DNA of 64,000 nt from an uncultured Conexibacteraceae bacterium (GCA_963829185.1 CAWHID010000032.1:624-64623), one strand, 5' to 3'; shown: positions 36,864-49,595, numbered from the stretch's first letter. Numbers and translations are program-made. The notes: generated by a model from the letters alone, not told the origin.

Positions 36864-39800
36864 CTAGGCGACCCAGGCCGATGTTGCGGCGGCGCGGGAC
36901 TTGGCCTTGCGCTTCGCCTTGACCTTGACCGTCTTCACGCGCACCGTGGCCCGCGGGCCCGCGACGCGGTTGCGGTCCTCGCCCCGCACGGTGATCGTCG
37001 CCGACGTCGCCTTGGCCACCCCGCTGATCGTGACCTTCGGCGCCTTGGGCGCGAGCACGAGGACGCGGCCGTCAGAGAGCGTCACGTTGACGGTGAAGCG
37101 GCGCGACTCCGGATCCCTGGGCCAGGTCACGATCAGCTTCGTGCCCGACCGCCGCGCCTTCAGCCGCGGCTTGGCGGGCCGCGGCGGGGCCGGGGCGATG
37201 TAGCGCGCGACGGTCAGCGTCTTGCGCGGGATGCCCCGCTGGGCGACCTGGGCGATGATCGTGCGCGGGCCGCCCGGGCCGGCCGTGGGCGTGAACGTCA
37301 GCGTGCCCTTCGTCCGTGCCTTGACGTCGCCGAGCGCGGCGCCGAGGCCGCGCTTGCCCTGCTCGGCGAAGGCGACGGTCTGGCCGGGGATCGGCGCGAT
37401 GTTGTAGGTCAACACGCGCTTGCGGCCGGCGCTTCGCGTCACCTTCGCGGACACCTTCGGCGCGGGCAAGCCGTTAGCCACGCGCATCTCGGTGATCGGC
37501 GTCGAGTCCGCCTCGGGCACGACCTTCCACACCCCGGCGGCCGGCGCCTTGACGGCAAACCACGTCAGCCGCTTCTCCAGCGACTGGAAGGCGAACGCCT
37601 TGGCCGTGTTGATCGGCGCGTTGGGCTGCGGCTCGACGCGCGTCCCGTCGGGCCCGACCAGCGCGACATGCGGTGGCCCGTCGCGCCCGATGACGCCGAC
37701 GATCCCGGCCGGCAGCCCGGCCTCGAACCGCACGCTGCGCTCGCCGGGCGCCTGGGCCGCGTGGGCGCGCGTAGATGCCGTCTCGCCCCGGTAAGCCCCG
37801 ACGTCACAGCCCCCCGGCATCGGGTCGATGTGGCTGATCAGCACCAACGGGTTGATCAGCCCCGCCCACAGGTCGTTGCTCCACGTGATCCCGGCGCCGA
37901 TGTCGATGAACGGTGCGTGGGCGCAGCCCGCGAAGCCCTTCGACGAGAACACGATCTCCCCATCGATGCAGACCCCGACACAGACCTCGCCGTGCCCTTC
38001 GATGCTGAACGCGCGGTCATGGAACCAGCCGTCGACGGCCGCCTCCGCCTTGACCGGCCCGAGTTCGGCCTTGACGCTGCCGCCGGCCGAGATGTTCCCG
38101 TCGGTCACGTACTGCAGGTAGGCCCTCGCGAGCGGGATCCCCATCACGCTGCCAAGGCCCTCGGCGCGGATCGTCACCGGCGCGTTGTCGGGCAGCGTCA
38201 CCCGCAGGTCGCCGTCGACCCGGACCATGCGGTCCGAGCCGGTGCTCGACAGCGGCGGGCCTGCGCCGATCGTCAGCCCGCCGCTGAGCGACAGCGGGTT
38301 CTGCGTCAGTTCGGCGCGGATCTCGGTGAGGTAGGCGACGCTGAACGGGTCCAGCGGGAAGCCCGGAGCCGGCGGCGAGAACGCGCCGGCCAGCTTGGTC
38401 AGCACGCCGTCCTGGAACTCGATCGCCGCGGCGAGTTGCATGCCCGGCGGGATCGCGAACTTGGCCGAGCCGCTCCACTTGCTCCCGTCGGGGTCGAAGC
38501 CCAGCGACGCGTCGGCGATGTCGAGCGGCCCGAGCTCGTGCCAGCGAGAACCCGAACTTCAGCTCGCGAACGTGCAACGAGGCGATGTTGTCGGAGCGCA
38601 GGACGAGGTCGGCGGTGACGCCGCCGAGCAGCTTCGGCAGCCCGACGTTGCCCGCGATCTCGACCGCGCCGCGCACGAGCTTGACGTCCGCGCTGCCGAC
38701 GAACTTGAAGCCGAAGACCGACGACCCCACCTTGCCGACGTCGATCGAGCCGAGCGCGAAGATGTTGCCCTTGGGGACCGTCCAGTCGATCGTCCCGTTG
38801 AACAGCTTGACCGGCTTGGTCTTGCCGACCGAGATGCTCACCGGCCCGGTCGACGTCACCTTCAGCTTGGTGGGGTCGAAGCGGATCGACGCGCCGACCA
38901 AGTCCATGCCATTGACATGCACGCCACCCTTGGCGACAAGCGCGGTGCCGTCGGCCTCGAAGCACGCGTCGGCGACGACGTCCAGCGCGGCCATCTGCAG
39001 GACGCGGCAGCGCTTGTCCTCCGGGGATGGCGTCGGTGGGGGCGAGCCACCGCCGGGCTTCGGGTTGCCCGGGTTGGGGTTGCCGGGGTTCGGGTTGCCC
39101 GGGTTCGGGTTGCCGGGGTCGGGTCCACCTGGGTCCGGGTCCGGGTCGACCGGCGTCGGCGGCGTCGTCCCCGGCAGCAGCACGCCGCCGAATGGATACG
39201 AGGAGCCGGACTGCGTGGTCTGCCATGACCAGCCGACGATGCCGCCGAAGCCCTGCGCGCCGGTGGCCACGCCGAGCCACGGGTCGAGGTCGATCGACTG
39301 CCCCACGTTGCCGGTCATGCCGTAGGCCCCGAGGTCACGGATGTCCCAGGCCGGCTTGGGCAGCAGCGCGTTGGTGCTCCAGCCGATGCCGTCGTCGGAG
39401 GTCATGTACTGGACGTGGTTCCAGCGCTGGGGGGCGCCCGGCAGCGCCCGCACGAAGTGCAGCCGCCCGTTGGCCTGGTCTTGGACGAGGTTGGCCCGGC
39501 CGCTGCGCTCGGTGTTGACGTAGGTGGAGTTGTAGCCGTTGCCCTCGCCCACGGAGAGGTCGATGTCGGGCAGCTTGCGGGCCTGGCCGAGCGTCGAGCC
39601 CTCCAGGCGCCGGATGTACCAGTCGGTCTCGCGCGGCGAGTCGGGGTTCGGCGTGTGCCGGTACATCAAGAACGTCCCGAGCGGGCCGGTCACCAGGTGC
39701 GGCTCGTCGACGTTGACCTCGCTAGGGCCCGCGAGCGCCGTCCAGCGCGACGCGTCGTTGATCGCGGTCTGGCTGGTGTCCTCGGGATGGACGTACTGGC

Positions 39801-40578
39801 GCAGCGCGATCTTCTTGTCCGGGTCGACCCAGGCGACGACGAAGTCGCCTGGGCCGCGCTGGACGATCGAGGGGTGCGGGCCGCCGCCGTCGCGGTTGCG
39901 CTTGTCGGTGTCGTCGGTCAGTCGGCCGAGCGTGGTGGTCTGGGTGATCCCCAGCGGCGCGCCCTGCACGAAGACGCCACCGCGGTAGGCCTGGGGCTGG
40001 GAGTCCGAGAACGACGTGTTGTCCTGCTTGCTGATGACCGACACGATCCGGCGCTGCTCGAGGTCGAGGATCGACGACGACCACGTCAAGAAGCGCGGGT
40101 TGCTCCAGGTCGAGTAGGACCGCCGCGAGAAGATCATGCCGTCGTCGAACGTGTCGCCGTTGTCGGTCGACTGCCAGATGACGTTCATGTCCGGCGCGAC
40201 CTCGTCGCCAGGCGGATCGGCGCCACAGCTGCCATGCGTCATGACGATCACGTCGCCGAACGGCGAGATCAGCACCTTCGGCGGGTCGAGGTTGCCGTAG
40301 TTGCCGTAGGAGGTCCCGTCGTCGTACGTGCACGGGTTGTTGAAGGTCTTGGTGGTACCGGCCGCGCACGCCTCGAGGCCGTGCGGGATCTGGCAGTAGA
40401 CGACATGCTCGGGCTCGCTGGAGACGTGGGTGCCCCAGACGAGGTGCGTCGTCCCGTCGCGGTCCATCGCCGCGCTCGCGCCATAGCCATCGCCGATGGT
40501 GGGGTTCGCGCCTGCGCTCGCCGTCGCCAGGCCGAGCAGCAGAACGAACGCGAGCAACATCGCGCGGAGATGGACCAT
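36864..40578 (-). CDS. Large secreted multidomain surface protein (about 1240 aa; one +1 frameshift near 38539)
   Basis: Signal peptide, Asp-box-like STDNGDTF and SDDGIGW, a Pro-rich linker, a beta-rich middle and an Ig/FN3-like Lys-rich end. The two ORF-track frames join if one base is removed. Confidence 0.75.
39061..39118 (-). repeat. 15-bp coding tandem repeat (PGNPN x4)
   Basis: PGNPNPGNPNPGNPNPGNPKPG linker. Confidence 0.85.
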
Positions 40579-40637
40579 GCTGGAATCCTCTCATCGATCG
40601 AGGCGGTAGCACCCCTGGCCGATCGTCCAGAAAGCCC

Positions 40638-40765
40638 GCCGGAACGCGTTTGCGCCCCGCATCGTCGTGGCTGACGGCGCGGGGCGAGCGCCGATGGGCG
40701 CCAGCCCTTCAAGCTCCGTCACGTGTTGTCAGGCGCGGCGAGGTGGCGCGCAAACGCGTTCCGGC
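40638..40765. repeat. 128-bp MITE/REP-like element with 18-bp perfect terminal inverted repeats
   Basis: GCCGGAACGCGTTTGCGC ... GCGCAAACGCGTTCCGGC. Confidence 0.65.
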
Positions 40766-40791
40766 TAGCCGGAAGCGGTGACGCGCAAGAC
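40765..40791 (-). pseudogene. Duplicate of the last 9 codons of pilB
   Basis: Encodes VLRVTASG*, as does 40936-40962, with two synonymous differences. Confidence 0.75.
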
Positions 40792-40793
40792 CG

Positions 40794-40922
40794 CTCGCCG
40801 GCGAGCTGCTCAAGCACGGCAACAAGCGCTTGACCTACACCAAGTACTCCGGTGTCGATCACGCAGGGATCGTGACCGCCGCAGCCAAGGAGGCCACGGG
40901 CTGGATCGCGAAGCGGCTGAAG
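40794..40922 (+). pseudogene. Diverged duplicate of the lipase 3' end
   Basis: LAGELLKHGNKRLTYTKYSGVDHAGIVTAAAKEATGWIAKRLK versus lipase LATELAKNGTKGLTYKKYPGIDHAGIVTAAAKDATDWIAKRLR. Confidence 0.85.
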
Positions 40923-40935
40923 GAGAGCGGCTCGC

Positions 40936-42725
40936 CTAGCCGGAGGCGGTGACGCGCAACACTTCTTCGGGCGACGTCTGCCCGAGGCGGATCTTGTCCA
41001 GCCCATCCTCGCGCAGGCGCTTCATGCCCTTGCTGACCGCGACGGCGGCGATCTCGTCGGCCGAGGCGCGGCGCAGGACCAGCGACGCGGATGTCCTCGT
41101 CCATCCTGAGGATCTCGAAGATGCCGAGGCGCCCGCGGTAGCCGGTGTTGTTACAGCGGTCGCAGCCGCCGGGCTGCATGGTCTCGACGTCGCCGTCGAC
41201 ATCGAAGCCATTGATGCGCATGACCTCGGCCTCGACGACGATCGACTTCTTGCAGGAGTCGCAGAGCTTGCGGGCGAGGCGCTGAGCTACGACGCAGTCG
41301 ATCGCGCTGGAGAGCAGGAACGGCTCGACGCCCATGTCCAGCAGGCGCGAGACGGCGTTCGGCGCGTCACGGGTGTGCAGCGTCGACAGGACCAAGTGGC
41401 CGGTCAGCGCGGCCTCGACGGCGATGTGCGCCGTCTCGCCGTCGCGGATCTCGCCGACCATGATGATGTCCGGGTCGGCGCGCATGATCGCCTTCAGGCC
41501 GCCGGCGAACGTCATCTTCGCCTTGGCGTTGATGGCCATCTGCTTGACGCCGTCCATTCGGTACTCGACCGGGTCTTCGACGGTGACGATCGTGCGGTTG
41601 CCGTTGTTGACGTGCGCCAGGCACGAGTACAAGGTGGTGGACTTGCCCGAGCCGGTCGGACCGGTGACCAGGACCCCGCCGTAGGGGCGCGCCATCGCGG
41701 CCTCGACGTTGAGCCGATCTGCCTCCAACATGCCGATCTGCTCGAGGCCGACCGGGGCCGAGGAGGAGTCCAGGATGCGGGCGACGATCGCCTCGCCGTA
41801 GACCGTCGGCAGCGTCACGACGCGCAGGTCGATCTCGTGGCCGTCGATCAGCAGCGACACGCGCCCGTCCTGCGGGCGTGCGGCGCTCAGCGATGTCGAG
41901 GTTGGCCATCACCTTCATGCGCGACACGACGCCGACCGACATGCGGCGCGGGATCGTGACGGCCTGGTCGAGCATGCCGTCGACGCGGAAGATGACGTGC
42001 ATGTCCTCCGAGCCGGGATCGAAGTGGATGTCCGAAGCGCCGCGGCGGATCGCGCGCTTGAGCACCGAGTTGACCAGCTTGATGATCGGCGCCTGGTCGT
42101 TGGAGCCCAGGTCGGTGACGTCGTTGGTCGGGGCCGAGAAGTCGACCTCGCTTGACTCCTCGGTGCCGTCGTCAGAGAGGTCCGGGAGGTCGTTGCCGAG
42201 CTTGACGCTGAGGCGGTGGATGTCGTCGTAGGCGGCGACGACCGGGCGCACCGCCATGCCCGTGATCATCGTGACGTCGTCGATCGCCAGCATGTTGGCC
42301 GGGTCGGCCATGGCGAGCAGCAGCTGGCCCTCGTCGTCCTGGCCGACCGGGATCGCGTCGTAGCGGCGCACGAAGCCGGGGTCGACGAGCCGGGCCAGAT
42401 CGGTGTCGATCTTGAAGATGGCGAGGTCGACGCGCTCGATGCCGAAGCGCTCGGCGAGCACGCGCGCCAGCTGCTGGGGGGTGAGGACGCCGTCCTCGAT
42501 CAGCATGCGGCCGGTCAGGCGGCCCGATTCGCGCGCGTGCTGGACGGCGCGCTCGACGTCCTCCTCCTTGGCGAAGCCGAGCTCGACGACGACCTGGCCG
42601 ATCAGGCGCGTCGAGCGGCCGCGCGACAGCGGCGGCAGGATCCCTGGGACGTCGGAGATCGGCGCCACGTCACCGTGCAGGTGCGTGATCGCGGGGGCGG
42701 AGGTGTTGGGAGGAGGGACCGACAC
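40936..42725 (-). CDS. pilB: PilB/GspE-family assembly ATPase (+1 frameshifts near 41875 and 41088)
   Basis: MshEN-like [61 protein letters not shown] and two CxxC. Confidence 0.85.
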
Positions 42726-42996
42726 ATCCCGGTACGTCGGCTGTTCTCATACGCGAGTCCAGCGCCTGGACGGACGTTCGAGTCCGCGGCGTCGGCGCGC
42801 GGACCGTGTGAACGGCTTCGTGCGCCTCGATCGGCCGAAACGCGGCGCACCCACCGCAGGCGCTAGACTCCTCCGGCTGGATCGGGTCGTCACGCGGCCC
42901 GCTGAGGTTCGGACCATCTCCCCGAGATCCGCGTCCGGGCCCGAAGCCCTATCATCGTCCGTCGCCGCGCGCCCTGACGCGCGGCTTCCTTACGCC

Positions 42997-43431
42997 GTGA
43001 AGACCTACGTCGCCAACTCCACCACCGCTGAGCGCAACTGGCTCGTCGTCGATGCCAACGGGCAGACCCTTGGTCGGCTCGCCACGCAGCTCGCCGATGC
43101 CCTGCGCGGCAAGCGCAAGCCCGAGTACACCCCCCACGTCGATACCGGTGACTTCGTCATCGTCATCAACGCGGAGAAGATCTCGGTCACCGGCAACAAG
43201 CGCGCAGAGAAGCGCTACTACCGCCACTCCGGCTACCCCGGTGGGATCAAGTCCCGCACGCTGGAGGAGATGTTGGAGCGGCGTCCTGAAGAGGTCATCC
43301 GGCTCGCGGTCAAGGGCATGCTGCCCCGCAACCGCCTCGCCCGCAAGCAGCTGACGAAGCTGAAGGTCTATGCCGGCGCGGAGCATCCGCATGCCGCGCA
43401 GCAGCCCCAGCCCTTGGAGATCAAGTCTTAG
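42997..43431 (+). CDS. rplM: 50S ribosomal protein L13
   Basis: [34 protein letters not shown] and HPHAAQQP. Confidence 0.97.
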   Translation: MKTYVANSTTAERNWLVVDANGQTLGRLATQLADALRGKRKPEYTPHVDTGDFVIVINAEKISVTGNKRAEKRYYRHSGYPGGIKSRTLEEMLERRPEEVIRLAVKGMLPRNRLARKQLTKLKVYAGAEHPHAAQQPQPLEIKS

Positions 43432-43433
43432 GC

Positions 43434-44288
43434 ATGTCCGACCAGACGCCGCAGGATCCGCAGGACGAGCAGGAGACCACGACGCCGGAAGCCGGCGCCG
43501 AGGCTCAGGCTCCCGAGCCCGAAGTCGCCGCCGAGGAGACCCCCGCGGCCGAGGAGACCCCCGCGGCTGAGGAGACCCCCGCGGCCGACGACGCTCCGGC
43601 GCCCGTCGCCGAGGCGGGTGGGCGGGACCCCATCGAGGCGCCCGCCGACGACGCTCCGGTGGCTGACGCCGCCGAGCAGGTCGACGAGGAGCTCGAAGAC
43701 GACGAGCCCGCCGCTCCGCGCGTCAAGCCCGCCATCCCGGGCGCCGATCTCGAGGTCGACATCGTCGTCGACGGCGACGATCGTGGCGGCCGCGTCTGGT
43801 CTGAGGACGAGGATCCCGACGGCGAGGAGCCCGAGGCCTCCGGCGACGAAGAGGACATCGTCGACGAGCAGCCGATCACGGCGCAGATCCAGCTGGCCGA
43901 CGACGCGCGCTACCGCGCGACCGGCAAGCGCAAGACGGCGATCGCCCGCGTGATCCTCAAGCCCGGCACCGGCGCTTACACGATCAACGGCCGCACGCTC
44001 GACGACTTCTTCCCGCGCGCCACGCTGCAGAAGACGATCCGCCAGCCCCTGGAGACGGTGGGCTACGAGGACCGTATGGACGTCATCGCCCGCATGCACG
44101 GCGGCGGCGTCTCGGCCCAGGCGGGCGCGCTGCGCCACGGCATCTCCCGCGCGCTGCTGGAGGCCGACCCGAACTTGCGCACCGAGCTCAAGCGCCGCGG
44201 CTTCCTGACGCGCGACGCGCGCGCTAAGGAGCGCAAGAAGGCCGGCCTCAAGAAGGCCCGTAAGAAGCCGCAGTTCAGCAAGCGGTAG
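43434..44288 (+). CDS. rpsI: 30S ribosomal protein S9 with about 155-aa acidic N-terminal extension
   Basis: ATGKRKTAIARV, GGGVSAQAGA and ERKKAGLKKARKKPQFSKR. Confidence 0.95.
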   Translation: MSDQTPQDPQDEQETTTPEAGAEAQAPEPEVAAEETPAAEETPAAEETPAADDAPAPVAEAGGRDPIEAPADDAPVADAAEQVDEELEDDEPAAPRVKPAIPGADLEVDIVVDGDDRGGRVWSEDEDPDGEEPEASGDEEDIVDEQPITAQIQLADDARYRATGKRKTAIARVILKPGTGAYTINGRTLDDFFPRATLQKTIRQPLETVGYEDRMDVIARMHGGGVSAQAGALRHGISRALLEADPNLRTELKRRGFLTRDARAKERKKAGLKKARKKPQFSKR

Positions 44289-44292
44289 TTCT

Positions 44293-45632
44293 TTGAGCCG
44301 CCGGCTCTTCGGAACCGACGGCGTGCGCGGCGTCGCGGGCGAGGTCCTTACCGCCGAGCTCGCCCTCGCGCTGGGCCGTGCCGTCACGGTCCAGTCGCCG
44401 GCGCCGCGTCCGCAGGTCCTGGTCATCCGCGACACGCGCGAGTCGGGCGAGATGCTCGAGGCCGCGCTGGCCGCCGGCATCACCTCCGCCGGCGGCGACG
44501 TTCTGCTGGGCGGCGTGCTGCCCACCCCGGCGGCGCCGCTGCTGCTCGGCCGCTACAAGTTCGATCTCGCGGCCGTCATCTCGGCCTCGCACAACCCGTT
44601 CGCCGACAACGGCATCAAGTTCTTCGGACCGGATGGCTTCAAGCTCTCCGATGCCGACGAGGCGGCGATCGAGACGCTGCTGGCCGAGCAGGCCGACATG
44701 GCGGACGCTCGCACCGCGCCGCCGGCCATCGGCCGCGTCCGCCAGCTGCACGGCACGCTGGAGGACTACCTGCGCGAGCTGCAGACGCGCTTCGGCGACC
44801 TGGAACTCGCCGGCGTCGACGTCGTCCTGGACTGCGCCCACGGCGCGACCTACCAGGCCGCGCCCGAGATCTTCCGTCGCCTCGGGGCGACCGTGACCGT
44901 CCTGGCCGACGCGCCTGACGGGCGCAACATCAATGCCGGCTGCGGCTCAACGCACCTCGACCTGCTGATCGAGACCGTCCGCGCGGGCGGCCACGACCTC
45001 GGCTTCGGCTTCGACGGCGACGGCGACCGCGTGCTCGCCGTCGACCGCCACGGCGTGATCGTTGACGGCGACGAGCTGATCGCCCTGGCCGCGCTGAGCC
45101 TGCGCGAGCGTGGCCGGCTGACCGGTGGCGTCGCGGTGACCGTGATGACCAACTACGGCTTCCACGCGGGCATGCGCCGAGGCGGGCGTCGACGTCGCGA
45201 TCACCTCGGTCGGCGACCGCTACGTCCTCGAGGAGCTGCGCAACCGCGGCTGGTCGTTGGGCGGCGAGCAGTCGGGCCACATCATCGACATGGGCTTCGT
45301 CCCGTCGGGCGACGGCATCGCTAGCGCGCTACTGACCCTGGAGGCGCTCAGCGGTGGCGACCTGGCCGAGCGCGCGGCGATGGAGAAGATCCCCCAGCGG
45401 CTGATCAACGTCCCGGTCCCGGATCGCGACGCCGCGATGGAAAGCGCAGGAGCTGGCCGCGGCGATCGCGCGTGAGAGCGAGGAGCTGGAGGGGCGCGGG
45501 CGCGTGCTCGTGCGACCGTCGGGCACCGAGCAGCTCGTGCGCGTGATGGTCGAGGCGCCGTCGCAGGACGAAACCGACGCGGTCGCCTCGCGCCTCGTGG
45601 AGATCGTGGAAGCCCTTTCGGCGACTGCGTGA
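44293..45632 (+). CDS. glmM: Phosphoglucosamine mutase (+1 frameshifts near 45175 and 45448)
   Basis: [36 protein letters not shown] and RPSGTE. Confidence 0.93.
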
Positions 45633-45799
45633 CGCGTCGCCGCGCGCCTTCGTGGCGATCTGCCGCGTTGGCGTCCTTCCTCCCCTGAAGGCCAGGGCGG
45701 CAGGAACGCCGGTTGGTACTCTCGAAGCACGTTGCACGGGTGCCAAGGCCCGCTCGACACAGCTGTTCCCGGACCCCCACCAGCCAGGAGGCCCCGCCA

Positions 45800-47668
<1,869 letters not shown>

Positions 47669-47687
47669 CCGGGCGTCCGGCGGCGTG

Positions 47688-49595
47688 CTAGCGCACGCGG
47701 ATGTCGCTGAGCTGGACTCCAGCCGGCGCGCCGGCAGGCACGTCCGCACCCGCCGTCAGGCCGACGGTGACGTAGTTGACGCCGCGCTGGAGGTGCAGCG
47801 GCAGCGTCGCGGCGCTCCCATGGCGGACGCGCGCTGATGGCGTCCCGTTGGCTGTGGATTGGAAGACCATGAAGGTGCCAGGTGACGTGGTCGTGGCGCG
47901 GAAGGCCAGGCGCGCGTTGCGCTTGTCGGGCGAGACGATCGTGATCTCTGCGGTCTGTTGGGGCGCAAGCGGGAAGCTGGCGTCGGCAATGTCCAGTGTC
48001 GTGTAGTCGCCCGCGACGGTCAGGGAGACGCCTGCATCCAATGCCAGGACCCCGGCGATCATCGGTCGTCCGGTGATCTTGGTCGCGAGCGTTGGCAGTG
48101 GACTGAACGCTCGCTCCAAGGCCTGGAAGCGGGCGTGGTCGAAGATGTCGAAGCTGTTGTAGAAGCCCGTGAAGCTGACGGCGACACCGACCAGGATGCC
48201 CCATGCTCCGAGGGCGATCCCGCCGCGGCGCCACCATCCCGCGCGGCGCGGGGTGGATGCGTGTCGGATCAGCGCGGCCCAGCCGAGCGTTGCCGCCATC
48301 ACCGTCCAGGGCAGGAAGTCGAGCTTGTAGCGCTCGGTGTACCCGGGCACGCCGTAGGCACCCGCGACCAGCACCAGCATGCCGACCGCGAACAGCGTGA
48401 GCACCACAGGCTTGAGCCCCGGTGTGTCACTGCCGGCCGCGACCGGCCGGCGACGGGCCACGAACGCGAGTACCAGCAGCACGAACGGCACCGCCCACAG
48501 CACGCTCCCGGTCGGCTCTCCTCGATACAGGGAACTGGTGGCCAGAGGTGCGTTTGGTGGTGGTGGCAGATGAAAGTAGGGGAAGCCCACGGTCAAGTGC
48601 AGCGGCGCCACCAGGTAGCCGTACAACGCGGGTGGCAGGTTTGCGATGTCGTTATATGGCGCGTCACTGACGTCACGTCCGCTGATCTGCCACCTGTTGC
48701 CGAAGTCCAGGGGCCCGGAGAAGCGGGCCATGTTGTAGATCATGAAGATGATCCCGGCCATCACCGGGATCCCGAGCATCAGCGGCACCGTGATCCGGCG
48801 GGCCTCGGGGCGCAGCAGCCAGGCCAGCACCACGAAGCCGACGACGACGAACACCATCGTCGGGCGCGACAGCACGCCCAGCCCGAACAGCGTTCCGGCC
48901 ACCGCGAGGTACCTGCGCCGCGGGGCCTCGTCGCGCAGCAGCTCGCGCAGGAGGACGAGCAGGCCCGCCATCATGAAGAAGAACGCCGCGGTGATCGCGA
49001 CCTGGTAGACGGTCGGTGTCCGCAGGCTCCAGGGCATCGAGGTCGCTAGGGCTATCGTCGCGCTGCCCGTCCAGATCACCGCCCGAGGCGTCCCAGGAAC
49101 CAGTCGGCCGACCAAGAGCGTCAGCGCCATCGCGGCAAAGACGGCGCCAAAGAAGCAGTAGAGGGTGACTGCGAGGTTCTCCTGGATGCGCAGGCCGACC
49201 AGCCGTGGTGGCAGAAACGTCGTCACCGCTGGCGCCGGTCCCCACGACAGATAAAACCTGCCGTTGTAGAACGACCCGTCGATGATTCCCGGTTGGGCGA
49301 GTTGGGTCCTGAGCGCGTACGGGTTCTCGGCGGTCAGCAGCTGCGGATCAATCGGGACATCGACCCACAACCGACCGTGCAGAAACGCATCGGCCTGCAA
49401 GTTGTAGTAGTCGGACTCTCCGACGCTGAATCCGAGCGGCGTGACCTTGGTGAAGGGATTGCCCGACGATGTCGCCGTCCAGGCGTAGAACGCCGCCAAC
49501 AGCGCGAAGGCGATCACCACCGCTATGCCCCCGCGCGTCATCCGGACACGGGTCGTGGTGTCTCCCTCGGTGCGCGATCGCAGGGATACCCCCAT
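47688..49595 (-). CDS. Polytopic membrane protein, GT-C-like glycosyltransferase candidate (alternative start 49541)
   Basis: About 11 hydrophobic helices, DYYNLQADAFLHG, YNGRFYLSWGPAP, YNMARFSGPLDFG and ERY motifs. It is antisense to the glmS-acpS operon. Confidence 0.65.
   Translation of the reverse strand: MGVSLRSRTEGDTTTRVRMTRGGIAVVIAFALLAAFYAWTATSSGNPFTKVTPLGFSVGESDYYNLQADAFLHGRLWVDVPIDPQLLTAENPYALRTQLAQPGIIDGSFYNGRFYLSWGPAPAVTTFLPPRLVGLRIQENLAVTLYCFFGAVFAAMALTLLVGRLVPGTPRAVIWTGSATIALATSMPWSLRTPTVYQVAITAAFFFMMAGLLVLLRELLRDEAPRRRYLAVAGTLFGLGVLSRPTMVFVVVGFVVLAWLLRPEARRITVPLMLGIPVMAGIIFMIYNMARFSGPLDFGNRWQISGRDVSDAPYNDIANLPPALYGYLVAPLHLTVGFPYFHLPPPPNAPLATSSLYRGEPTGSVLWAVPFVLLVLAFVARRRPVAAGSDTPGLKPVVLTLFAVGMLVLVAGAYGVPGYTERYKLDFLPWTVMAATLGWAALIRHASTPRRAGWWRRGGIALGAWGILVGVAVSFTGFYNSFDIFDHARFQALERAFSPLPTLATKITGRPMIAGVLALDAGVSLTVAGDYTTLDIADASFPLAPQQTAEITIVSPDKRNARLAFRATTTSPGTFMVFQSTANGTPSARVRHGSAATLPLHLQRGVNYVTVGLTAGADVPAGAPAGVQLSDIRVR

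Noticed and set aside
34069-36867. Long alternative-frame and antisense ORFs (e.g. 932 aa here, 16901-19114, 45833-47749, 49678-51597)
   Set aside because: These are shadow ORFs expected from high-GC codon bias, and they overlap well-supported genes.
40794-40922. Diversity-generating retroelement template repeat for the lipase 3' end
   Set aside because: The mismatches are not adenine-specific and many are synonymous third positions. No reverse transcriptase is in the window.
35573-40935. Integrative element or prophage
   Set aside because: No integrase, transposase, tRNA target or phage gene is present, and the duplicated ends are diverged rather than identical att sites.
42761-42800. glmS ribozyme (AGCGCCTGGAC start)
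   Set aside because: The downstream GACGAGG core is missing and the site is 3 kb from glmS.
24750-45460. Programmed frameshifting or genuine pseudogenes
   Set aside because: There is no shared slippery motif, essential genes are hit and the indels are regionally clustered, so sequencing error is more parsimonious.
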